Assembly (NCBI GenBank): GCA_964019335.1
Contig: OZ025724.1
Span: forward strand, 1-64,000
Direction: 5' to 3'
DNA: 64,000 nucleotides
Source of the DNA: Diplonema japonicum
Lineage: Eukaryota > Protista > Euglenozoa: Diplonemea
Shown: piece by piece, positions 24,901 to 34,479 of the stretch
Layout of the letters: every line of letters starts with the position of its first letter
Numbering within the stretch: the first letter of the stretch is position 1
Made by a program: the position numbers and the translations under genes
The notes under the pieces: generated by a model
The model's input: only the letters and a program-made list of their open reading frames with translations
The model's database searches: none
What the model was told of the DNA's origin: nothing

Positions 24901-26157
24901 CAACCTTCAGTTCTTCTCCTAGTGTCGCAATATTTCTGAGGACGTTCCGTAACTCTACCGGCAGCGGACCGCAGTGTCCGTTTTCATAAAGCCTTAGCAT
25001 TTGCTGTTGCGCACTGCGGATCTTGTGCTTCAGCTTTTCCAGTCTTTGTTGTCTGTTCGATGCCGCTCCGACCGCCGACTCCGCCGACCTCGCACTTAGC
25101 TCCGATTTCGTAGGTTCCCGTACTTTGCCTCTCCCGGTGTACACGCTGCGCGTCGGCCCCTTGTACCCATGTAATAGGTACTCCTCTGCGAGGTCTGATA
25201 TCTCCGAGAAAGCTTCGGTGGGCTCCTGTGCTGCTATGAACTCCCGGTACCTCGACTTCTGCATCAGTGCCTTCGCCACCTCGCCAGGCGCCTTCTTGGT
25301 CTTCGGTATCTCCTGTGGGATGGTGTACCTCAGGACTTCTTGACGAAAAGCTGGGATGTTGAGTGTCACCGACAAGCATCGGTGGTCCGACCCGGTGATC
25401 ATATCGCTTACTCCGCAATGTTCGAGACCTTGGGCCGCGATGTTATTCAGCAGGACCCTGTCAATCCTCGTGCTGCAGTTGGTCCTAACGAACGTGTCCT
25501 CCGCCTGTACACCATCCCTTCTTGCACAGAACGCAGCGGCGTCTACCCAGTCTGTCTGTATAGCTTTCCTTAACGTGGGGGATCGTACTTCGTCCGTGTT
25601 GAAATCGCCCACCACGGCCACAGGCACGTCTCCCAGTTCGAACTTAAGACGGCAAAGGATGTAGTGGAGAAGCTCTTCAGGTATTTCGTCTTGGCTTGGT
25701 CCTGACCCGAGTGGCAGTAGACGTTGATCAGGTGAAGCCACCGTTTGCTTCCATCGAGTGAGATCTTCACGTGTGACCACCTGTCCCTGTGCGGCCCATT
25801 CGTTTCACAGCGCACCGCCGTACGTGGTTTTTTCACCAGGGTTCCTAGACCACCCCGTTTCGCTATCGTCAGAGATGTGACACCACTGGACTCCCTGCCT
25901 GGCTGTGGCTTGCTCCAGAATCTGGCGTATCGTTTGCCCCAGTCATCGTCTCTCAGCACGTGTTCGATTTCCAGCTGCGTCTGAGCCGTGAGGGCTGTCT
26001 CCTGGATGCAGAATGCGTCCGGGAGGACGGTGGAGTACTCGCTCAGCCTGTTGTTAAGTGATGAGCCGTTGTGTGTGAAAATGGTGAATTTCTCGTGTTC
26101 TGGCTCTGGTCCGGGGTGGGGTTCGATACCCTGTTCGGTGAGACGTTCAAATTTCAT
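21968..26157 (-). CDS. Retrotransposon ORF2: 2A-like peptide, AP endonuclease, reverse transcriptase, CCHC finger, C-terminal domain (1-nt frameshift near 25685)
   Basis: APE motifs THNG, CIQET, INVY, VVGDFN, TRID and SDH. RT motifs LDFRKCFD, GILQGCPLS and AYADD. CDLC..HQLYEC. ORFs 25570-26157 and 21968-25780 join by a single frame change. Confidence 0.9.
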
Positions 26158-26250
26158 GTCAGATAAGCGTATCGGATTGTATTTGGAAGGATGGGAACGG
26201 GGCGGAGGGAATGGGTTTGGGGGGTGGGTTTGGGGGGAGCCCTCATGGAG

Positions 26251-28494
26251 TCATTGTTCGCATTGTTCGCACCCGCGGCATTTTACCCTTTTGCAGTCTG
26301 GTAATATGCAGGTCTGTGCTGGGTTGTTCTTTGTGATGTTCCCGCCGCAGTAGTGGCATACACCCTTCCAGCATTGATATGTCCCGTTGTAGACGTGGCA
26401 GATGCCCTTGCCCAGGCAGTCGTCAATGTCGGCGGGGCCCTCGTCCAAGTCGATGTCGGTGTCATCGTCAGTTGGGGGGGGACCCAAGTCATCTTCGGAG
26501 TCGTCCATCATCTCCTCCCCGGCAGCAGGGCGCATCATCGGGGCCCGGTTCCCGGGGACGGGCTTCGAGAGCGTCGCTTCCGTGAGTCTCTTAATTTGCT
26601 CGGTGAGCGCGGCCATCTGGATGTGCATCTGCCGGACCTCCTCCCGTAGCTCCGCGTTCTCCCTCCGTAGACTGACCACCTCAGCCGGCGGCTTGACGTC
26701 GCTGACCGGTTCCCCTGCAAGTTTACGAAGTGCGTTTTCGATTGCTGTGAGGCGGTCCTCAAAGGCCGGGGGATCGGCTTTCTTCGATGTTGTGGGCGAC
26801 TTACCGGACTTCGGTGGGGCGGCTTTACCCGTAGGGGCAACCTTCTTTCCTGCAGCTGGTGGTTTGTGGTCTGGTTGAGAGGACCCCGTCACTGCTCCGA
26901 GGTACGACTTGCCCGCGTTGTTTGTGGTCCCCGTTTTCGGCCTTCCCCAGGACTGAGCTGGCGGTGTCTTTTTGGTGGGTGGGTTTCTAACGTCGGGAGC
27001 TATCCTGCAGTTGAGGACCCGCCCAGTTGGGGACGTGATCTTCAGTGACGTGGTTGGGGGTTCGCCCCCTCGGATGTACCAGCACCTCATGCTGTTGCAC
27101 CATCCGCCGTGTAGTGGGACGGCCTCCCACTTTATCGCCTCGAGTATCGCCTCAACGTGTTCGGCTCCGCACTGCCCGTACAGTCCCGACAAACGCCACC
27201 TGGGCTCCCCATGCTGCCCGCGTTGTCGCTCCTCCTCGCCTAATACCTTGTCGAGGAGCGTGGTTTTCCTCTCCTCCGATGTCCTCACCCCGAGACGGCC
27301 GTCGGATTCGCGCAGCGCTAACCCCTGCTTCTCAGTCTCCGCCAGCTCGAGTGCCTCTTCCAGAGTGATCTCCTTCGGGAGCCAGGCGACAGGGGACTTC
27401 TCCACGTCCTTCGGCTTGACGAAGATCCCCATCTTCCCGGATGCACTTACGAGGCGGCGGCGGTTCTCGGTTGCGATCGTGACGAGCACGTCAACCCTTG
27501 GGGCCGGTCCATCCACGTACTTGTCGATCCTGTGGATCGTCTTACAGCCCAGCATCTCCTGGACCAGCTTGCGGGGTTCGGAGGTCACCCTCTCCCAAGT
27601 CTGGGCTGGGGTGTGCGTCTTCGAGACGACGAAAGCTACCCGCGTGTACATCGCGGCCAGGTCAATACCCACCGTGTTTTTGTTTTTTTGAGAGCGCGAG
27701 ATCTTTCCGCTCAGTACGTGCAAGAACATTGTCCTGTTCGAGTACTCTCCAGCCGCCTTGAGCACGACGTCGTGTTCGTATCGACCCTTGCCGTTGCGTT
27801 TGAGGAGGACTGCCTTGTTCCCGTCCCAGGGCATCTTTTCTGCCTCCTCCACGTTGACCTCGGTCGCGATGGCTATGCCATCTTTCCCTGCCACCAGCTC
27901 TTCCCACTCTATGAAGGGTAGGTCGAACTGTCCCTGCTCGAGGAGCCAGCATTTCTTTGCCTGCGGTTCCTTCCGTGGTGGCTTGCTGTTCGGTCCCCTC
28001 CATGCCTTCGCCTCTCCGTCTGAGGTTGGAATCCCGACCCGTGGCAGCTTGAACTGCTGCATAGCTTTCTTCAGCACGTTCACGTTGAACGGCTCCGTGG
28101 CGTTGAGGTATGCCCGGCCGTCGAAGGCGACGTGGATGGGCTGCTTCTTGGACTTGGACTCTCCCACGATAGGGGAGACGATGAGGGCGCCGTCGTCGGC
28201 CGTAATCAGGTGGATGTCGGTCTTCAGTGCGCGGGCGGTGGCTTGGATGGTAACCGGGTCCGCGGCGGTCCCCTCCCTGGCGTGCTGGGAGCAGTACAGG
28301 TCGTAGTCTCCGATGACACTCGCCCGGTACTCCTCGCTTCCTCGCAGCTCTTGTATCATGCGGCGCCTAACGTCGCTCCCCTTCTTTCCCGTCTTCTCTC
28401 CGACCACTCCGTAGAAGGAGTTTCCGTTTCCAATCCCGTACCCCTTCCCGCGGGCTGTCATCCCGTACCCCTTCAAAGCTTTGTGAACGTCCAT
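26251..28494 (-). CDS. Retrotransposon ORF1: N-terminal OTU-like domain, central region, coiled coil, C-terminal Cys/His cluster
   Basis: 747-aa intact ORF. GNGNSFY...IQATARALKTDIHLI...HVAFDGRAY resembles OTU motifs. LRRENAELREEVRQM is a coiled coil. The C-terminus is Cys-rich. Confidence 0.82.
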   Translation of the reverse strand: MDVHKALKGYGMTARGKGYGIGNGNSFYGVVGEKTGKKGSDVRRRMIQELRGSEEYRASVIGDYDLYCSQHAREGTAADPVTIQATARALKTDIHLITADDGALIVSPIVGESKSKKQPIHVAFDGRAYLNATEPFNVNVLKKAMQQFKLPRVGIPTSDGEAKAWRGPNSKPPRKEPQAKKCWLLEQGQFDLPFIEWEELVAGKDGIAIATEVNVEEAEKMPWDGNKAVLLKRNGKGRYEHDVVLKAAGEYSNRTMFLHVLSGKISRSQKNKNTVGIDLAAMYTRVAFVVSKTHTPAQTWERVTSEPRKLVQEMLGCKTIHRIDKYVDGPAPRVDVLVTIATENRRRLVSASGKMGIFVKPKDVEKSPVAWLPKEITLEEALELAETEKQGLALRESDGRLGVRTSEERKTTLLDKVLGEEERQRGQHGEPRWRLSGLYGQCGAEHVEAILEAIKWEAVPLHGGWCNSMRCWYIRGGEPPTTSLKITSPTGRVLNCRIAPDVRNPPTKKTPPAQSWGRPKTGTTNNAGKSYLGAVTGSSQPDHKPPAAGKKVAPTGKAAPPKSGKSPTTSKKADPPAFEDRLTAIENALRKLAGEPVSDVKPPAEVVSLRRENAELREEVRQMHIQMAALTEQIKRLTEATLSKPVPGNRAPMMRPAAGEEMMDDSEDDLGPPPTDDDTDIDLDEGPADIDDCLGKGICHVYNGTYQCWKGVCHYCGGNITKNNPAQTCILPDCKRVKCRGCEQCEQ

Positions 28495-28536
28495 CTTAGA
28501 CTGACGCGGTTGCTTAGATTGTCAATGTGTTTGCTG

Positions 28537-28611
28537 TGATCTGATATGATCTGATATGATCTGATATGACTCGATTTTTCTTCTCTTCTCTTCTCTTCTC
28601 TTCTCTTCTCC
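28537..28611 (-). repeat. Tandem microrepeats in the retroelement 5' UTR: (GAGAA)~6 and (ATCATATCAG)~3
   Basis: Directly visible on + as (ctgatatgat)n and (ttctc)n. Confidence 0.9.
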
Positions 28612-28706
28612 TTTACGTTGCTGATCTGTGTCGCGCTTCAACTTCCAATATTTGTATTTTCTTTTCAAACCGTTGCTGTGTGAACTTTATTGGCACGGTC
28701 GGACAC

Positions 28707-28745
28707 CAATAAAGTACAGAAACTGTAGCTTTAGAATCGTTGGTG
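28707..28745 (-). other. Genomic copy of the euglenozoan/diplonemid spliced leader (39 nt)
   Basis: Minus strand reads cACCAACGATTCTAAAGCTACAGTTTCTGTACTTTATTG. It contains the conserved euglenozoan SL 3' core CAGTTTCTGTACTTTATTG and matches the diplonemid SL as I recall it at about 36/39 nt. Confidence 0.9.
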
Positions 28746-28917
28746 GAAAAAAAAAAAAAGAAATGAGGCTTTGATTGCAACCCTAGCCGGGGCGACCCGG
28801 GTAACCAAGATGCTGCGCGTCGTTCGCCTCGTTCGTGGGGGTCAACAGCGAACAACACATCTGATGTATTTCTTACATTTCCATATCCACCACCAAAAAA
28901 GAAAAAAAAAGAAGAAG

Positions 28918-29024
28918 AACTGGCCGTTGTTTGTACGTGCCGGGTAAAACCTGGAGAAGTTTGTCAACCCGAAACACGTTGCCAACGTTCCTTTTGTTTA
29001 GACAAGTCAAAGACTCGTTCTTGC
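28918..29024. repeat. Dispersed ~110-bp SINE/MITE-like repeat (other copies about 552-607, 19504-19538, 56872-56920, 61011-61119)
   Basis: aactggccgttgtttgtacgtgccgggtaaaacc...tttagacaagtcaaagactcgttcttgc; its reverse complement is at 61011-61119, with partial copies elsewhere. Confidence 0.85.
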
Positions 29025-30520
29025 AAAAAAAAAAAGGTATAAAGGAAGCCAGTGTTGGCGGGGCCCTGCACAAGCACTATCTACTTGATTACAGGGGGCG
29101 CACCTCGGCCGGGCTGTAGCTTCTTCTTGCGTAAATAAAATAGAGGAGAGAGCTAGGGGGCATGAGATCCATAGCATATATCTTCGGGAAGGAAGGGGGC
29201 TAGCTTTTGGCGCTTTATTTGTTGCGCACGAGCGGGGAAAAAAAAGGGGGGGGAAAGAAACTGGCGAAAAGAAAATGATGGTTCTTTGGGGTCCTTGACG
29301 GGGGGGGGGGGGGGGGGGGGATGAAGAAGTAGCTCCTTTCGATCTTTTAATTCAAAGGTGCTTTTCGCCAAACAGTACTTTGCGCAACCACTTCAGCAGG
29401 CCTCCAAAGTGTACAAAAAGTAGGGTTTCACGTGTAGGCACTTCTATTTAAATCACTTTCGTCTTTTTGCTCAAATCTTCTGCTAATTGATGTTTCAAAA
29501 AAAAAAAAAAAAAAAGAACTGAAGCTGGCATGCAGGAAAAATCTTTTCTCACTTCTTTTATTCATGTCAATACCGTATTTTAAAGAACCAAGGGTCTGAA
29601 AAAACTTTAAAAAAGAAAACTAGTTTGAATAAATTAAAGGTCGAGGCACATTTAGAATTTGCTTTTTAAGGTCTTTTCTTTTAACACACTTTAGTTTTTT
29701 TTTCTTTTTCTTTTTCTTTTTTTTTTTTTTTTAAAGGATTTCTTTCTCTCTCTCCCAGCGGCCAAAAAGAAGGCTGAGGGAAAAAAAAAAAAAAAAAAAA
29801 AAAAAGGGAAACGAAGTGGTTTTAATAACGGCCCACAAAGCTTTTCTTTTTTTTTTTTTTTGCTTTCTTTGCTAAAAAGTGTGTGCTGCGTCAGTGCCTT
29901 ACCATACACAAAAGACTCGCCAAGGGAGCAAAGAAAGTGTCGCCCGGTTAGTTGTGCAAGCCACTTGCAGCTGTACTTTGGGCAGTGAAGCCCGGTCTCA
30001 TGCTTTCAATTGCACCCTGAGGTGCAGTCGAGATCCACCGGTGCTGCAAGTACTTCTTCTGGATACAAAAAATGGAGGAAACTGAGTTCAGAGAAAAAAA
30101 AGAAAAGCGGGGGAAAAAGAAAAAGGAGTTTTTTCTTATCACCTGCTATTCTTCCTTGCTCAGGTACAAGTGTCATATCTTTGTTCAATTCTTTGAGATG
30201 AACAAGATGTAAATGTGGGGGTGGGGGGGTGGGGTCTTTTTTGAGTTACTTAAAGAAAAGAATAGAGAACGAAAAAAAAAAAAAGAACGACCATGTAAAA
30301 GGGGTGATTTTCTTTCCCCCCTTTTCTTTTTTTTCTTTTTTTTCTCTCTTTCTCTTTTGTTTTCGTTCTTCTCTCTTTATTCTTAAAAAAAAAAAAAGAA
30401 AAAGAAAGAAAACGGCCCACCATTGGTGCCTTTTTTTTTTTTTTCAAAAAAGAAATTCTTTCACCCTCTCCCCCCCAAAAAAAAAAGTATAGCAATCACA
30501 ATTCAATTCACTTCTCACCC

Positions 30521-31009
30521 CTAATTAACAACAGCAATATTCGTCGGCTGATGCTCATGACCGCCCCCGACAACAGGCTGAGGACCAGTGGCACCCACAG
30601 GGGGAGCATAAGGAGCATAAGCGGGACCTGGAGGAGGCATTTCACCGGGGAGCTGTTGGTAGGGCGAAACAACATGGCAGTTTTGGGGGGCTGCGGTGAG
30701 GCCCGTGCTTACAATAGTTGTGGTTGCCGCTTTGGGTTTAAAGCACCCTGTCTGTGTACAGCACATCACCCCCACAACGATCGCAACGCAGCACACACCC
30801 AGCACCACAAACAGTATGATCAGCCCCACTGCAATCGCTGCCTTGCACTCGCTGCTGCTCCCACAATCACCATTCACACAGCAGTTGTGTGCGCAGTCCG
30901 CAGTAGGGACGCGAACGCCTCGTTCCTTATCAAAACACCAATCGTCGTTTGTCTGGCCATGCACTCCGGCTAAGCACACGGACAGGAACAGGAACAGCAC
31001 GCGGTTCAT
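30521..31009 (-). CDS. Cys-rich single-pass membrane protein (6-Cys ectodomain family)
   Basis: Signal peptide, WC...DCAHNCCVNGDCGSSSEC, TM helix, juxtamembrane CC..GCF and a Pro/Tyr-rich tail. Confidence 0.85.
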   Translation of the reverse strand: MNRVLFLFLSVCLAGVHGQTNDDWCFDKERGVRVPTADCAHNCCVNGDCGSSSECKAAIAVGLIILFVVLGVCCVAIVVGVMCCTQTGCFKPKAATTTIVSTGLTAAPQNCHVVSPYQQLPGEMPPPGPAYAPYAPPVGATGPQPVVGGGHEHQPTNIAVVN

Positions 31010-31051
31010 TATCTTATTTCCCTTTTCTCCTTTAAAAAAAAAAAAATGGTG

Positions 31052-31106
<55 letters not shown>

Positions 31107-31880
31107 AATGCGCAAGTGACATGTGGTTCTTCAATAAGAAAGTGTAGAGAGCAAAAAAAAGAAAGAAGAAAAATTCTTTATGACTATATGTCTTTGTTGT
31201 TCGCACGAGCAAAAAAGGTTTTTTTAAAAAGCTTTGCGAAAGTTTTTTGCTCGGCACAAGTTGCATATAGTTATAAAATCATTTTTTGAAAGATAAATAT
31301 TTGTAACAAAAAAAAATCGGAAAATGGAAGGGGGGAAAAAAGGAAAAAGGAGAATGATGAAAAGCCAGCCCCACCTCCCGTGGGGGCGGGTCCTTTTTAA
31401 GGGCTTCAATTCTTATGAAACAGAGTTGACTTTGTTGTGGGGAGGAGGGGGGGGGTGTCTTTAGTTGCTTCTAAACAAACGTATGTGCGGTACCCCTTGA
31501 TCGAGCAAAAAAAGAAAAAAGCGAGAAAAGGCAGAGAAGAAAACAACAACAACGACGACTGGGTAAAAAAGAAATATGTATAAAAATAAAAATGAGTTAA
31601 AGAGACGCCCCTCCCCTCCCTTGTTCTCATCTTCCCCCAACCAAAAAGAAAAACAAAAAACTCGTTCTATTCTTGCGGTACGCGTGTCACCATTCCGCGG
31701 TTGCGTCCTGGTGCCGGCCGTCGGGGGTTTGCCCTTCAGTCATAGATTTTTCATCTTGCTCTAAGAACATTGGGGAAAAAAAAAAAAAAAAAAAAAAAAA
31801 GCCTATTGAGATAATCTTAACCATAGCCACCTAGACCCGGCCAAAAGGTCTTGCTGCCCACCTCTTTTAAAAAGAAATAA

Positions 31881-32528
31881 TTAGTTTGCTACATCTATCT
31901 GTTTTTCGGTTCTATCGGCGGCAGTGGGCAGTGCCGGGGGAGGGGAGTACACAGGGGCACATGCCACACCATCACGCTCGGCCATAGCAGAAGGCACAGG
32001 CGGTGGGTGCCCTCCGTACTGCTCTTGTTCATAAGGCTGCTGGTGCTGAACATAAGGCTGCTGGTGCTGAACGTAAGGCTGCTGGTGCTGAACGTAAGGC
32101 TGCTGCAAAGGAGGAGCATATGGCCCTGGGAGCGGTGTGCCACCAGGAGGTGGGTAAGCTGCAACTGGGTACTGCGCGGCAACAGGCATGCCAGTGGTGA
32201 GCCCAGTCGATGCTACATACGTCGTGGTACTTGAAACGCGAGGTCTAAAGCACCCTGTCTGTGTGCAGCACATCACCCCCACAGTGATCGCAACGCAGCA
32301 CACACCCAGCAATACAAACAGTATGATCAGCCCCACTGCAATCGCTGCCTTGCACTCGCTGCTGCTCCCACACACATCGTTGACACAGCAGTCATGCGGG
32401 CAGTTGGAGGAGTGCACCAAGATGGTTCTGCTGTTGTCGTAATAACATATATCATTGTCGCCAGATGCAAGCTGGGCACAGGCCGCCAGGAACAGCATGC
32501 ACACACTGCTTAACGTGGTTCGTGTCAT
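31881..32528 (-). CDS. Cys-rich single-pass membrane protein (6-Cys ectodomain family) with a 21-bp (QQPYVQH) repeat
   Basis: IC...NCPHDCCVNDVCGSSSEC. The TM region is nearly identical at DNA level to 30521-31009. Tandem repeat at about 32030-32105. Confidence 0.85.
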   Translation of the reverse strand: MTRTTLSSVCMLFLAACAQLASGDNDICYYDNSRTILVHSSNCPHDCCVNDVCGSSSECKAAIAVGLIILFVLLGVCCVAITVGVMCCTQTGCFRPRVSSTTTYVASTGLTTGMPVAAQYPVAAYPPPGGTPLPGPYAPPLQQPYVQHQQPYVQHQQPYVQHQQPYEQEQYGGHPPPVPSAMAERDGVACAPVYSPPPALPTAADRTEKQIDVAN

Positions 32529-32577
32529 TTTCTCTGTGTGGGTGGTTCGAAGAAAGAAGAGAAGAAAATAAAAAAAA

Positions 32578-33005
32578 TATATATATGAGTTAAAGGAAGT
32601 CTTTGTGAGATGCCCACGGTGGTCGTACCGGCCTCCTCCCCAGCTTGGGCTACTTTTTCCTTCTTTCCCTTGCCCATTGCTTCCCCAGCTCCTCTAGGTC
32701 GTACTTGGTCTTCGTTGATGCAAAGATTGCTCTTCTACTCCACCCGATCACCGCCTTCGTCCCTCCGATTGATCCCTAGCTCCCATGTGTTCCACACCTT
32801 CTTCATCACCGTGTGCAGTCTTCAGGCCTTCTGTCGCACCTCAGCCAACTCCCCTGGCTTCCCCTGAGGGACTTCTGGGTCACGTTTTCGAAGTCCAGCG
32901 CCAGCTCCACCGTCGACACTGCCGTGTACCTGTTCCCTCCATACCAGCGCAGCTGCTTGAGCCACTTCAGCACCGGCTTCGTGTACTCCTTCAAGATGTT
33001 GCCGG
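32578..33005 (-). mobile_element. Deleted 3' relic of the 14653-17617 retrotransposon subfamily
   Basis: Same 3' end (+ strand atatatgagttaaaggaagtctttgtgaga) and LKWLKQLRWY..VSTVELALDFENVT. Confidence 0.85.
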
Positions 33006-33011
33006 TCTGCA

Positions 33012-33207
33012 CGTGTTCACAAGGCTCAGGACATCAATTAAACCTGAGAACTGAACTGTCTATTGGTGATAAGCACGGAGGGGGCAGATGTTCCGAGTGA
33101 AGACTTCATCAGTTGCGTCATAAGACGGTTTCATGATATGCCGACAAGCAGACGGCATGTGAACCTTACTGAGGCTGAGCTTCTGGAGGAGTGGCACAAA
33201 CGTTCAG
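33012..33207 (+). mobile_element. hAT transposase fragment, near-identical to about 1626-1820
   Basis: cgtgttcacaaggctcaggacatc...gagtggcacaaacgttcag is duplicated. Confidence 0.85.
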
Positions 33208-33733
33208 GAGAAAAAAACTCAAAGTACAGGACAAGCCCCCCCACTAGAGGGCCGCCCTTTGGGAGGGGGGTCTATCTGTTAATAGTCCCCTTCTGGAGCA
33301 TTGCTTTCATACTTTTGGGCACCTACAAGGCATTATTTTGCAGTTTTAAAAAAGGTGACCACGGTTTGGTACCTGGCCTGTTGTCTCCCCTGTAGTTTCT
33401 GAATTTTCTGAAACTTAGAATTTGACCATGGTTTGTTCCACCCTTTGAACGCGGCTTTTTTAGGACGCCGCTACCGCTTGAACAGCAGAGTACTGTCTTA
33501 CATGTTTTTCCGTGTTTTGCGCGACATTTCTGATGAATATCTATTATTTTCCCGAGGTTAGGATGGTTTGTTTTTGCAAATATTTCAGGTACCAAACCGT
33601 GGTCACTGTTTTCAAAAATACAGATAAAGCGTTAACAAGTGCTCAGAAATGCTCTAATCCGGCGAATTTTGATTTTTTAGTTAATTTGGAGGGTATTGGG
33701 CGGTTTTTTTTTTTACCTTACTAAGAATGTTAA

Positions 33734-34470
33734 CCACTAAAGGACCATGAGGACATATGTGTCCTTAAGAAAAATTATCTTTTCTATGTGACACTTTTTG
33801 TGCCACACAGCCCCTGGACTTTACTAAGACCCATTGTTCCGCGATTTCTTTTTTATTTGAAATACCCTTTTGCGCGAAGAACAAACACAAAAACCCGTCC
33901 CCAAGGTGGTTGCTTGGTGTCCTTTTGTACTTATTATTTGAGAGCAGCTTCTCAGGACCTTCAGAAGAGCTTCTTCCAACTCCAGCGCCACCTCAGATGA
34001 GGGTGGTGTGCGTTGGGGACAAATATCAACCGTATACCGGCCAAGAAATGACATGGGTACAGGGGTCCAGCAACATCGAGCAGCAACATGGATAGGCTAC
34101 AACTCTTCAGTTGTTTATCACAAACAGCTTGCTGAGGTCCATTATCAGCTGTTCAAAGGTGTATGCCACATCCAAGGGCACCACATTCGACGCAGACGTG
34201 GCACAACTGAACACCTGGATCGCCGTCTGGGTTCTGCCCGCCTTGATGGACGAAGTCTGCAGGGCGGGCGTCAAGGACTACTGGTCTACAAAGGAAGAGA
34301 TTGCAACGCCTTACATAGGCCGTGTCCTGGGCCGCGCCACATTTCTCCATATCTTCTTGTTGTGTCCACTTTGGCTCACAGGGCAACGGGACACTATCAA
34401 AAGTGGAGATGCTGCATTCCCGGACTCCCCCAGCTGGAAAGCTGCATACCACCCGGTCAAGGGCTGAGCA
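33734..34470 (+). mobile_element. piggyBac family A, left end plus transposase remnant (right end missing)
   Basis: TTAA + CCACTAAAGGACC; colinear with 13784-14320. Peptide LNTWIAVWVL..VKDYWSTKEEIATPYIGRVLGRATFLHI is typical of the piggyBac transposase N-terminal half. Confidence 0.85.
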
Positions 34471-34479
34471 TTGATTCGC

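Larger units (their letters stand above)
21910..28745 (-). mobile_element. Apparently full-length APE-type non-LTR retrotransposon (SL - 5' UTR - ORF1 - ORF2 - 3' UTR)
   Basis: Two long co-linear ORFs with APE, RT and zinc-finger motifs. The 3' UTR is shared with relics at about 33210 and about 50020. The 5' boundary is marked by an SL copy, and both ends abut T-tracts on the sense strand. Confidence 0.9.

Noticed and set aside
25675-25710. Programmed frameshift in the APE domain
   Set aside because: No slippery heptamer; a 1-nt deletion or sequencing error is the simpler explanation.
21910-28745. SLACS/CRE-type site-specific insertion in an SL RNA gene array
   Set aside because: The element encodes APE rather than a restriction-like endonuclease, and there is no SL duplication at the 3' flank and no SL array.
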